Shown: in pieces, positions 1 to 7,971 of the stretch
Layout of the letters: each line of letters opens with the position of its first letter
Numbering within the stretch: the stretch's first letter is position 1
Made by a program: the position numbers and the translations under genes
The notes under the pieces: model-generated
The model's database searches: none
Told to the model about the DNA's origin: nothing
Seen by the model: the letters and a program-made list of their open reading frames with translations, nothing else
NCBI GenBank assembly: GCA_016931255.1
Contig: JAFGFG010000009.1
Span: 91,627 to 155,626, forward strand
Source: Candidatus Aenigmatarchaeota archaeon
GTDB taxonomy: Archaea; Aenigmatarchaeota; Aenigmatarchaeia; QMZP01; JAFGSV01
DNA length: 64,000 nucleotides
Direction: 5' to 3'

Positions 1-2
1 CC

Positions 3-431
3 AATGAGAGCGATAACCTGCTTATATGCCTGAATGCCAAGAAGATGCGTTCCTGCAAGACAGCCGCGAGGGTTGAGAGGGTGGAATCCGAGGAGACTTT
101 CAGGGGTCTCGGCATAGACACTGTCATACATCCGGAGAGGGCGGCCGCCCATTATCTTGAGGAAATGATAACCAAGCCTGAAGTCGTTGACCTTGCTTTC
201 ATAGGTCGTGGAGAGGCAGCGATACTCGAATTTGATATCACAAAAAAATCTCTTGTAAATGGAAAAAAGGTGAAAGACATAGAGTACCCGAAAGGGTCTG
301 TCATAGTGGCTATCCACAGAAATGGCAAGCTCATCATTCCCGAACCGTCGACAGAGATTAAACCGGGAGAGAAGATTCTGGTGCTTGCAAATAACAGCGT
401 GATAGAAAGGGTCAGGAAGATGTTCAGATAA
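3..431 (+). CDS. trkA: TrkA-family potassium uptake regulatory protein (RCK-N end plus RCK-C), 5'-truncated by the window edge
   Basis: Open frame from base 3 (NESDNLLICLNAKK..AARVE..LGIDTVIHPE..GKKVKDI..IVAIHRNG..IPEPSTEIKPGEKILV), a typical TrkA pattern. Confidence 0.85.
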   Translation, partial: NESDNLLICLNAKKMRSCKTAARVERVESEETFRGLGIDTVIHPERAAAHYLEEMITKPEVVDLAFIGRGEAAILEFDITKKSLVNGKKVKDIEYPKGSVIVAIHRNGKLIIPEPSTEIKPGEKILVLANNSVIERVRKMFR

Positions 432-460
432 GCCCAAAACAGAAGGCAAAAACGTTTTTA

Positions 461-474
461 GAAAAGTATATAAA
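461..474 (+). promoter_or_regulatory. BRE/TATA box of tRNA-Gly
   Basis: GAAAAG-TATATAAA located 27-40 nt upstream of the tRNA 5' end. Confidence 0.6.
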
Positions 475-500
475 TAATGATACAATACAGTAACACACAC

Positions 501-643
501 GCGTCGGTAGTTTAGTCTGGCTATGACATGGCGTTGCCAACGCTATAACCCGGGTTCAAAGGCCCGCTTTTCCGGCAGCTTACGCCTGCACAAAAGCAGG
601 CGCGCAAAAATGGAAAAGCTAGCTGAAATTCCCGGCCGACGCA
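501..643 (+). tRNA. tRNA-Gly(GCC) with a 69-nt intron (561-629) in the T-loop at position 59/60
   Basis: Acceptor GCGTCGG/CCGACGC-A; anticodon arm TGGCG-TTGCCAA-CGCTA. Canonical BHB: GGG-TTCA-AA^G-GC ... GC-TGAA-AT^T-CCC; splicing restores CCGGG-TTCAAAT-CCCGG. Confidence 0.93.
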
Positions 644-704
644 TTCTTTTCTTTGACATTTCATTTTAGTGCTAAAACAGATGACCTGCGTTATATTTAT
701 ATAT

Positions 705-726
705 TTGTTGTAATATATTATAACAA
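705..726. promoter_or_regulatory. 22-bp palindrome, probable TrmB-family autoregulatory operator
   Basis: TTGTTGTAATATATTATAACAA (10 of 11 symmetric pairs) between the TATA box TTTATATA and the ATG at 731. Confidence 0.55.
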
Positions 727-730
727 CAAT

Positions 731-1489
731 ATGAAAGTAGAAAATATTCTTCAGGGAGCAGGCCTGGCCGGGAACGAGACCAAGGTCTATCTCTCTTTGC
801 TGGATCTCGGTTCTGTTACAGCAGGAGATATTGCGAAAGCATCTGGCGTTAACAGGACGAATGTATACGATGCACTCAGGAGCCTTGCTGAGAAAGGGCT
901 TGCGGGTCACATCAAGAAGGCGGAACGCCGGTATTTCGAGGCCGCCTCCCCTACAAAGTTTCTTCACTATCTTGAAGAAAAGGAAGAAGAAGTTCGTGAA
1001 CGAAGAAAAAGCCTTGAGGAGATTATTCCCGATCTTGAGATGAAGAGGGCACTTTCAAGAGAACAGCAGGAGGCTACAGTCTACACCGGAAGGAAAGGAC
1101 TGAAAACTGTTGCTGAAGATGTGCTTAAGGAGAACAGTGAACTTCTGGTGTTTGGCGCGGAGGGCGGATTCGCGAGGATTTTCGGAACATATTCAAGGAA
1201 CTGGCACAGACGACGTTCTCACTCGCGAATACCAATGAAGATAATATACAGCGAGAAGCTGAGGACCGTGAAGTCTTCGGAATCCATTCCAATGGCAGAG
1301 ATGCGCTTCAGCAGCAGCCTCCATGACATACCTGCGACTACATGGGTATACGGCGGGAAAGTCGCAATAATAGTCTGGTCGGAGCATCCGGTCATCACAG
1401 TAATACGAAGCGGAAAGGCTGCAATGACCTACAGGCAGTTTTTCCGTGAGTTGTGGAGGTCATCAAGTGGTCCTTCGGTGAACATTTAA
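731..1489 (+). CDS. TrmB-family transcriptional regulator
   Basis: N-terminal GL..NETKVYLSLL..G..TAGDIAK.SGVNRTNVYDAL..L.EKGL wHTH, plus a C-terminal PLD-like effector domain. Confidence 0.85.
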   Translation: MKVENILQGAGLAGNETKVYLSLLDLGSVTAGDIAKASGVNRTNVYDALRSLAEKGLAGHIKKAERRYFEAASPTKFLHYLEEKEEEVRERRKSLEEIIPDLEMKRALSREQQEATVYTGRKGLKTVAEDVLKENSELLVFGAEGGFARIFGTYSRNWHRRRSHSRIPMKIIYSEKLRTVKSSESIPMAEMRFSSSLHDIPATTWVYGGKVAIIVWSEHPVITVIRSGKAAMTYRQFFRELWRSSSGPSVNI

Positions 1490-1535
1490 AAATCAGGAAC
1501 CGAAAGATAAGTTATAGCTTTTTGGTTGATTGAAT

Positions 1536-1949
1536 ATGATGGAAGATTTTGAAAGTGAAATAAAGCAGGCAGTCAGCAGGCGGCCGGCTTTTGAAGTGCC
1601 CGAGGCAAGGCCTGTGAGTTCACCGCCGGTTTTCGTGAAGATCGACAGGTACAGGGAACTTCTCGAGGACATACAGAAGCTCAGGTCATATTCTCTTGGA
1701 TTAAGGGATGCCCTTGACGCCATGGCAGAGATAGAGAAGGAATTCAAGACAGCCATGGGCCTCACGAACAAGGTTCTTGACAAGGTCAACATGCTTATTT
1801 CATCACTCGACATGAAGCTTCTAAGGAAGGCGGGAAATGACATAGACCATCTTCCTGCTGTGAAGTCGCCTGATGAAGTAGAGAGCTACGTGAAAGGCAT
1901 CTACGACCAGGTCGAGAAGCTGAAGAAAGAATTGCATTCGCTGTCATAG
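1536..1949 (+). CDS. Conserved hypothetical coiled-coil protein (PVFVKIDRY motif)
   Basis: ORF with coding-like composition and heptad-rich sequence. Confidence 0.65.
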   Translation: MMEDFESEIKQAVSRRPAFEVPEARPVSSPPVFVKIDRYRELLEDIQKLRSYSLGLRDALDAMAEIEKEFKTAMGLTNKVLDKVNMLISSLDMKLLRKAGNDIDHLPAVKSPDEVESYVKGIYDQVEKLKKELHSLS

Positions 1950-1990
1950 AGATGCTTTTTAAATTTCTCCCGGAATACTTTAGTGTAAAC

Positions 1991-2117
1991 GCGGAGGTAG
2001 CGAAGTGGTCAAACGCGGCAGATTGCCTCTTGAGCGCTGAAAGCGCTTGCTTGGTGAAGTCGAAGCTCAAGACCTGCTCTCTTAGTGAGTTCCGAGGTTC
2101 GAACCCTCGCCTCCGCA
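1991..2117 (+). tRNA. tRNA-Leu(CAA) with a 43-nt intron (2022-2064) at position 30/31
   Basis: Acceptor GCGGAGG/CCTCCGC-A and long variable arm. Relaxed BHB CGGC-AG^A ... GTCG-AA^G; splicing gives GCAGG-CTCAAGA-CCTGC. Sits upstream of rpl18e as in many archaea. Confidence 0.92.
2022..2064 (+). ncRNA. Intron-encoded single-K-turn box C/D-like guide predicted to target C34 of tRNA-Leu(CAA)
   Basis: TCTTGAGC (2028-2035) is the exact reverse complement of exon GCTCAAGA; box D CTGA at 2037-2040; stem AAGC/GCTT, bulge GGT, C-like GTGAAGT at 2054-2060; D+5 base G2032 pairs with C34 (2068). Confidence 0.72.
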
Positions 2118-2245
2118 CTCATTTTCTTTTAAAATGGAAGAAAACAGCCAAAGCTTTTAAACGTTAGGTCTACAAATAATGAGATACCGGTTAACCTATT
2201 CATATAAAAATCGATGGTTAAATAATAGGCAAGAGAGTGAAAATC

Positions 2246-2602
2246 ATGAAGGTCAGAAATAAGAACGAGCTCTTGAGAGACCTGATAGAGAAGCTTGAGG
2301 AAAGAAGCAGGCAGGAGAATGTTTCGTTCTGGGGCGCAATCGCCAAGAAGCTCAACAGGCCACGAAGAAAGGCATATGAAGTCAATCTCTTCTCTCTCCA
2401 AAGGTATGCAGGAAAGGAAACAATTATAGTTCCAGGTTATGTTCTAGGTACAGGCGACCTCACCAAACCGGTTACAGTCGCAGCAATCAAATTCTCTTCA
2501 AAGGCTGAGGAGAAGATTAAAAAAGCGGGCGGAAAGGTTCTGGATATTTTTGACTTCGTCGAGAGCAAGCCGAACCTTAAAAATGTAAAGATTATGGGAT
2601 GA
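2246..2602 (+). CDS. rpl18e: 50S ribosomal protein eL18
   Basis: FW.AIAKKL.RPRRK..EVNL..L.RY...IIVPG.VLG.G.L.KPVTVAA.KFS..A.EKI..AGG. Confidence 0.95.
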   Translation: MKVRNKNELLRDLIEKLEERSRQENVSFWGAIAKKLNRPRRKAYEVNLFSLQRYAGKETIIVPGYVLGTGDLTKPVTVAAIKFSSKAEEKIKKAGGKVLDIFDFVESKPNLKNVKIMG

Positions 2603-3009
2603 TTCTTATGAAATACATAAACGCTGAAAATCAGGTTCTCGGACGTCTTTCATCAATTGTCGCTAAGATGATTATCGAAGGCGAGCAGGTTTATGTTGTG
2701 AACGCGGAAAAAGCGGTTATTATCGGAAATCCGACATCTATACTTAATGGATACAGGACAAAGAGGGCAAGGGGTGATCCGTATCACGGTCCGTTCTTCC
2801 CGAGGGAATCTGAGAAGATACTCAAGAGGACTGTGAGAGGCATGATTTCTTACAAGACTTCAAGAGGCAGGGAGGCCTTTAAAAGACTCAAGGTCTTTAA
2901 CTCTATACCAACCGATCTTGTTGGGAAGGAATTCGATAAGATAAAGGGCGCTGAAAACAAGGGCGAAGCGAAGTCAATAACACTTGGAAGAATTTCGGAG
3001 CTTATATGA
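2599..3009 (+). CDS. rpl13: 50S ribosomal protein uL13
   Basis: INAENQVLGRLSS.VAK..VVNAEKAVI.G..GPFFPR...ILKRTVRGM. Confidence 0.95.
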   Translation: MILMKYINAENQVLGRLSSIVAKMIIEGEQVYVVNAEKAVIIGNPTSILNGYRTKRARGDPYHGPFFPRESEKILKRTVRGMISYKTSRGREAFKRLKVFNSIPTDLVGKEFDKIKGAENKGEAKSITLGRISELI

Positions 3010-3443
3010 GCGGAAAAGAAGAAAAGAAAACCGAGAAGAAGGAAAATGAAAACTTTGCTACAGGAAAGAGAAGGAAAGCAGTAGCAAGGGCAAGCATCAG
3101 ACCAGGCACTGGTGTAATCACGCTTAACTCAATGCCGATAGATGACATAAAGAATCAGACAGTCAGGCTCCTTCTTCACGAGCCGCTAAGTCTTGTCGGT
3201 GATGCATGGAAAAAGTTCAACATAAAGGTCAGCACGAACGGAGGCGGAACACTCGGACAGGCGCAGGCTGCACGACAGTCAATCGCAAAGTGCCTCGCAG
3301 ATGCACTCGGCGATGAGGCAAAAGCAATTTTCATGGCATATGACAGAAACATGCTTGCTTATGATCCTAGAAGGACGGAGCCACATAAGTCTCCAAGGTC
3401 TTCGCAGGGTCCGAGAAGGTACAAGCAGAGGTCAAAGAGGTAG
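3006..3443 (+). CDS. rps9: 30S ribosomal protein uS9
   Basis: GKRRKAVARA..GGG..GQAQAARQ..YDR.ML..DPRRTEP..GPRRYKQRSKR. Confidence 0.95.
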   Translation: MSGKEEKKTEKKENENFATGKRRKAVARASIRPGTGVITLNSMPIDDIKNQTVRLLLHEPLSLVGDAWKKFNIKVSTNGGGTLGQAQAARQSIAKCLADALGDEAKAIFMAYDRNMLAYDPRRTEPHKSPRSSQGPRRYKQRSKR

Positions 3444-3770
3444 ATGATTATGGAATACGCAAGAGTCAAGCTCGCAGGAAGGAACTACAAGGAATTGGAA
3501 GAGATATGCGACATGATAAAGGGCATAGCAAAGAAGTATGGCGTGTCAGTACGCGGACCTATGCCGATGCCGACAAAGAAGCTCAGGGTCACGACGCTCA
3601 AGACTCCCTGCGGTGACGGAACCGGTCACGGCAATGCCACATGGGACAAGTGGGAAATGAGGATACACAAGAGGGTAATAGACATAGGAACCAATGACCG
3701 TGCCCTTCGTCAGGTTGTCAGGCTTCCGATACCAGAGGGCATAAAGATAGACATCGAGTTCAAGGAATAG
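3444..3770 (+). CDS. rps10: 30S ribosomal protein uS10
   Basis: ARVKLAG..GPMPMPTKKL.VTTLKTPCGDG..TWDKWEMRIHKRVIDI. Confidence 0.95.
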   Translation: MIMEYARVKLAGRNYKELEEICDMIKGIAKKYGVSVRGPMPMPTKKLRVTTLKTPCGDGTGHGNATWDKWEMRIHKRVIDIGTNDRALRQVVRLPIPEGIKIDIEFKE

Positions 3771-3811
3771 TTTCTGCAAAACTATTATAGTGGATTCCAC
3801 AAATTATTATC

Positions 3812-4282
3812 ATGCTTGAGTTAATCATGTCCCAGTTATCCGAACTTGATAATATTATATTAGATAACTATATGATCAGTGCTTTTGTGATATCGGCAGT
3901 TATTGGGTTGATTACATTTTTTCTCATAAGGAAGATGCATAAAACCAACGATGAAACAACACAGAAAAATGACAAGGATTCAGAAAAATCTCGGAAGATT
4001 CCGGGCTTTCCAAAAAAACATCCTGCTGAATTGCCTGTTCCACTTCCTCCCGGAAGTGATGCACGGAAGGCGGGACTGCTTGCTGTGGTAAGCGAACTTG
4101 AGAAATACATTAACCGCATAAATCCCGATACCAGTGAAGATAGGCGTAAAATGTACAATCAGCTCAGGCTGCGGATAGAGAAGACCAAGATATGCATAAA
4201 TGCCGGTGATTTCAGGGGAGCAAAAAGAAACATAAGCAGTGCTGAAATGTACATTAAATTAATGGTTCTGAAATCATTATGA
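3812..4282 (+). CDS. Hypothetical single-pass membrane protein
   Basis: One hydrophobic segment followed by a charged helical domain. Confidence 0.55.
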   Translation: MLELIMSQLSELDNIILDNYMISAFVISAVIGLITFFLIRKMHKTNDETTQKNDKDSEKSRKIPGFPKKHPAELPVPLPPGSDARKAGLLAVVSELEKYINRINPDTSEDRRKMYNQLRLRIEKTKICINAGDFRGAKRNISSAEMYIKLMVLKSL

Positions 4283-4311
4283 TTTTTATTTCATGAAATC
4301 TCTCAGAATGT

Positions 4312-5334
4312 ATGGGTGTAAATCTTCGTGACATTGTCACGCATCAGGAAATCTCCATGGAGTCACTTAGTGGAAAAGTGATAGCAATAGACGCGCTGAA
4401 TATAATATACCAGTTCCTGTCAATCATACGTGACCGTTTTACAGGCGAGCCGCTCAAGGATTCCCATGGAAACGTGACGTCACACCTTTCAGGCATATTC
4501 TACAGGACCTCAAGGATGATTGAGAACAACATAACACCAGTGTTCATCTTTGACGGGGAGCCGCCTCTTTTCAAGAAGGGTACGCAGGAAGAGCGCAGGA
4601 AGATAAAAGAAGCTGCGCAGGAGAAGCTGGAAGAGGCGATTGAAAAGGGCGACCAGGAGAAGATAAGGCTCTATGCACAGCAGACGTCAAAGGTCACAGA
4701 TGGAATGCTCGACGAGGCCAAAAGGCTTCTGGATACAATGGGCGTTCAGTGGGTACGGGCTCCAAGCGAGGGTGAGGCCCAGGCATCTTTCATGAACAGG
4801 AACGGCAGTGTCTATGCATGCGGCTCCCAGGACTGGGATTCGCTTCTTTTCGGTGCTGAAAGGCTTGTGAGAAACCTTGCTGTCAGCGGAAAGAGGAAAC
4901 TTCCGGGAAAGGAGTCTTATGTCAAGGTCAGCCCTGAGATGATAGAACTTGGAAATGTCCTCTCACAGCTTTCAATAACACGGGAGCAGCTGGTGACAGC
5001 GGGAATACTTATAGGAACTGATTATAATCCTGGCGGCATAAAGGGCATTGGCCCGAAGAAGGCCATAGAACTGGTGAAGGAGAAAGGAAGCTTTGATAAG
5101 GTGATGGAGCATATCGATTGGACATTCGACACAGCACCCGGAAAAATATACGATTTTTTTATGAATCCGCCTTCTGCTGAAGTGTCCATAGAGAAGCGGC
5201 ATGCTGACTATGACAAGGTTACTGATATACTTATAGGGCACGACTTCTCTCCTGAAAGGATAAAAAGCACAATCGGGAAGATTGGTGAAGCTGCTGAAAA
5301 AAAGAAGCAGTCAACACTCGGAAGCTTCATCTGA
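4312..5334 (+). CDS. fen: Flap endonuclease 1
   Basis: MGVNL..IAIDALN..YQFLS.IR..TSHLSG..FDG..APSEGEAQA..SQDWDSLLFGA..GTDYNPGGIKGIGPKKA; C-terminal PIP box QSTLGSF. Confidence 0.97.
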   Translation: MGVNLRDIVTHQEISMESLSGKVIAIDALNIIYQFLSIIRDRFTGEPLKDSHGNVTSHLSGIFYRTSRMIENNITPVFIFDGEPPLFKKGTQEERRKIKEAAQEKLEEAIEKGDQEKIRLYAQQTSKVTDGMLDEAKRLLDTMGVQWVRAPSEGEAQASFMNRNGSVYACGSQDWDSLLFGAERLVRNLAVSGKRKLPGKESYVKVSPEMIELGNVLSQLSITREQLVTAGILIGTDYNPGGIKGIGPKKAIELVKEKGSFDKVMEHIDWTFDTAPGKIYDFFMNPPSAEVSIEKRHADYDKVTDILIGHDFSPERIKSTIGKIGEAAEKKKQSTLGSFI

Positions 5335-5363
5335 TTTTTTAATCATGAAATGCAAGAATAAAG

Positions 5364-5654
5364 ATGGCAGCCTCGCCTATTGGAATCGTACTTGACATGG
5401 TTATTCTGGTTATTGACAATACCATAGGTACTGTTCTGAGCATTTTTGGCCTTTTCGGAGACCTTCTGGCGTCAATGATGGGTGTTTCATCTACCGGAGG
5501 AACTCTGGGCATAGTGCTCTTTTTCGTTGTTCTCGGACTTGTGGGCTTCTTTGTTTTCAAGCTCTTCGTGGGCGCGCTGAAAACCATAGGAATGCTTGTT
5601 GTAGCTGTATTGGCGATACTGGCATTCATTGCTATAGGTCTGGGGCTTGTATAG
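5364..5654 (+). CDS. Small hydrophobic membrane protein
   Basis: About three hydrophobic helices. Confidence 0.6.
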   Translation: MAASPIGIVLDMVILVIDNTIGTVLSIFGLFGDLLASMMGVSSTGGTLGIVLFFVVLGLVGFFVFKLFVGALKTIGMLVVAVLAILAFIAIGLGLV

Positions 5655-5687
5655 CCAAAGCTATTAAAAATAAAAGAAAAGACCGAA

Positions 5688-6101
5688 TCATTTCTTCGGC
5701 GTTATCTTGGGCATTGGCATCGGTGGCGGGAGCTGAAGGTCATCCGCAAGTATTGACGCCTTGAGAAGACAGTTTCTGAAAAGGTAGTTGAGTACCTCTA
5801 TTGAGTTTGCTTCCGGGAGTTTCTTGCTTTTCTTGAATTCGTCCAACACAGCCTTGCTTTTATCGGTGACGTACATCAGCGTTCCGTCTATCCTTATTGT
5901 TGCGAAAGCCGGATCATACCGTGTAAGGAATTCGAAGTCTATTGAAAGCGCTTTCTTCGATGAAAGCGTAGGAACATCCACTTCTTTGACATCCTTTATC
6001 ATAGGCGTGCTGTTTACCTTGACTTCCTTGTTTCCTACTCCACCTTCTTTTCTTGCCTCTATTGTTTTGTAATTAAGTCCTACTACTGGCATTTTATTCA
6101 A
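5688..6101 (-). CDS. Conserved archaeal hypothetical protein (possible SecB-like fold)
   Basis: Beta-rich N-terminus (LSIDFEF..Y....A.I.I.G), helical C-terminus ending LPPPMPMP; the fold call is inference. Confidence 0.6.
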   Translation of the reverse strand: MNKMPVVGLNYKTIEARKEGGVGNKEVKVNSTPMIKDVKEVDVPTLSSKKALSIDFEFLTRYDPAFATIRIDGTLMYVTDKSKAVLDEFKKSKKLPEANSIEVLNYLFRNCLLKASILADDLQLPPPMPMPKITPKK

Positions 6102-6235
6102 CCTCTTAATATGTTCATGTTCTTGCTTTTAAAAGCTTATTCAGCTTATCTGGATTATTGGAAACGTACATTTATATTATTGCTTTTAACTCTCAATGGA
6201 TGTGATTTATAAATCATAGGCTATAAGGTGATAAA

Positions 6236-6772
6236 ATGAATGTTCTGGTACCCCTTGCAGAGGGATTCGAAGAGATAGAAGCGATGACAGTCGTTGATGT
6301 GCTGAGAAGGGCAGGCATAAAGGTTACAACAGCGGGGATACCCGGAACCATAGTTCTGGGAAGCCGCGGAGTAAAGATTATAGCTGACACCAAGCTTGAC
6401 AGCATAGTAGAGAAGGATTATGATGGTCTGGTACTTGTCGGCGGGTCACCGGGCTATACAAATCTCTCAAGATCCAACAAGGTCATGAAGATAATAGGCG
6501 ATTATCACAGGGACGGAAAGCTTGTTTCTGCAATATGCGGTGCGCCTACATGCCTTGCTGAAGCGGGAATACTTTCGAATGTCAAGGCAACTGTCTATCC
6601 CGGACTTGAGAAGTACATACCGAAGCCGAGGAACGAAAAGGTGCTTCTGGACGGAAACGTGATAACATCGCAGGGTCCCGGAACTTCCATGGATTTCGCC
6701 CTCAAGATTGTTGAATATCTTGCAGGAAAGGAAACAATGAAAAATGTCAGGGAGCAGCTGGTTTTCAGGTGA
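6236..6772 (+). CDS. DJ-1/ThiJ/PfpI family (YajL-like) glyoxalase/deglycase
   Basis: LAEGFEEIEA..VDVLRRAG..AICGAP..ITSQGPGTS.DFAL. Confidence 0.92.
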   Translation: MNVLVPLAEGFEEIEAMTVVDVLRRAGIKVTTAGIPGTIVLGSRGVKIIADTKLDSIVEKDYDGLVLVGGSPGYTNLSRSNKVMKIIGDYHRDGKLVSAICGAPTCLAEAGILSNVKATVYPGLEKYIPKPRNEKVLLDGNVITSQGPGTSMDFALKIVEYLAGKETMKNVREQLVFR

Positions 6773-6776
6773 TTCT

Positions 6777-7037
6777 ATGCTAAGCGATACAGAAATAAAG
6801 GTGCTTGATATACTGAGCAAAAATCTTCTCGCCAAGACAGGGGAGATAAGTTCCAGCATGGGCGGTGACGATGGTGTTGTTCCAACACTTCAGAAGCTTC
6901 AGTCCATGGACTGCGTGAAGACTGTTGAACCAATGGGAGAAAGGTGCTACGTGATAACCCGGAAAGGAACGAGAATGCTCAGGGAAGCGATGAATCCAGA
7001 GAAAAGGGAACAACAACACGGGTTCTTCACTTCATAG
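6777..7037 (+). CDS. Small winged-helix protein
   Basis: LSDTEIKVL.IL..KTGEIS....L.KL....V......RCY.IT.KG wHTH pattern. Confidence 0.6.
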   Translation: MLSDTEIKVLDILSKNLLAKTGEISSSMGGDDGVVPTLQKLQSMDCVKTVEPMGERCYVITRKGTRMLREAMNPEKREQQHGFFTS

Positions 7038-7070
7038 GTTTTTTAGGCAGCAACCGAACTATTTATCAAC

Positions 7071-7188
7071 AGCCCTGTCGTCTAGTGGCCAAGGATACCG
7101 GTCTTTGGAGCTTGCTCTGAAGATTTGAGCCTTCGGGTGATGAGAGCGGAGAAAACCGGCGACGGCGGTTCGAATCCGCCCAGGGCTA
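7071..7188 (+). tRNA. tRNA-Gln(UUG) with a 45-nt intron (7109-7153) at position 37/38
   Basis: Acceptor AGCCCTG/CAGGGCT-A; CCGGT-CTTTGG^...^A-ACCGG; BHB CTTT/GGAG with bulges GGA and AAA. Confidence 0.93.
7109..7153 (+). ncRNA. Intron-encoded K-loop box C/D-like guide predicted to target U34 of tRNA-Gln(UUG)
   Basis: CTCTGAAGAT (7115-7124) pairs with GTCTTTGGAG (7101-7110, three G-U pairs); D'-like TTGA at 7125-7128; perfect box C GTGATGA at 7137-7143; D+5 base A7120 pairs with U34 (7105). Confidence 0.65.
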
Positions 7189-7222
7189 TCTTATTTTTAA
7201 CGAGTGAAGGCGAAAGATATTC

Positions 7223-7531
7223 ATGACTGTTAAGAAGGCCTACAAGAACACAAGCGTGAATATCATAAAGATATTCAAGGCCCTGAAACCATCATCCGAT
7301 GACAGTGAAGGCTTCATAACAGTGTCTGAGATAGCCAGACGGTCAAAGCTCCATAAATGGACTGTCTCAAGGACACTGGACATTTACATGAACGCGATTG
7401 TGGATATTGTCCAGCCACCTGAGCTGGAGGCTCTCGGTCTTCAGGTGAAGCTTGTGAAGCTGACAAAGCCTGATATGACTGCCCAGCAGGTGATAAGTTA
7501 TTTAAAAATGAGGAGCAAAATAAACCCATGA
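7223..7531 (+). CDS. HTH-domain protein
   Basis: TVSEIARRSKLHKWTVSRTL helix-turn-helix. Confidence 0.7.
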   Translation: MTVKKAYKNTSVNIIKIFKALKPSSDDSEGFITVSEIARRSKLHKWTVSRTLDIYMNAIVDIVQPPELEALGLQVKLVKLTKPDMTAQQVISYLKMRSKINP

Positions 7532-7971
7532 AAGTGAATAAGCAGTTTGTATTCTCAATATTCGTTGGCGTCATGATGATAACATGGGCTATAGGCATGG
7601 CATTACAATATAACATAGATGTCAGCCCGGGTAAGGGAGCAAAGATAGAAACAGTCTACAGGGAGCTCCTCACCGGTCAGGAAAAGGTTAGCATACTCAG
7701 AACCGGGCGCGTGCTGATAGAGTATCTTTATATGACTGGTCCGGGGGCAGTTGACAAATCAATTACCTATGAGAATTTCGCTGCAAGGTTCGGCGACCTC
7801 ATAGTTCTCCAGATAGTCGAGGTCTCGCAGTCAAACCAGACAGTTGACCAGATGATTGTTCCTACAGGAGACGTAATCCCCCTGAATAATGTCAGCGAGT
7901 CCGAGCTGTTCGATGTATTCTGCAAGAACACATACGTCCAGCCAAAGGAATGCCTTCTGAGGAACATCTAA
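7528..7971 (+). CDS. Hypothetical membrane-anchored extracellular protein
   Basis: N-terminal TM; C-terminal C-x8-C pair (FCKNTYVQPKECL). Confidence 0.65.
   Translation: MKVNKQFVFSIFVGVMMITWAIGMALQYNIDVSPGKGAKIETVYRELLTGQEKVSILRTGRVLIEYLYMTGPGAVDKSITYENFAARFGDLIVLQIVEVSQSNQTVDQMIVPTGDVIPLNNVSESELFDVFCKNTYVQPKECLLRNI

Noticed and set aside
561-629. Gly intron as a fourth methylation guide or as a nested intron
   Set aside because: Only a 6-nt match to the anticodon, no D box in register, no C box and no internal BHB
1952-2167. Short ORFs over tRNA loci (also 521-967, 1795-2118, 23077-23361)
   Set aside because: They overlap well-supported tRNA genes and are spurious
7117-7120. CTGA in the Gln intron as the functional D box
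   Set aside because: It lies inside the antisense guide and has no target-complementary sequence upstream. The TTGA register matches the other two introns. A role in a circularised intron is not excluded
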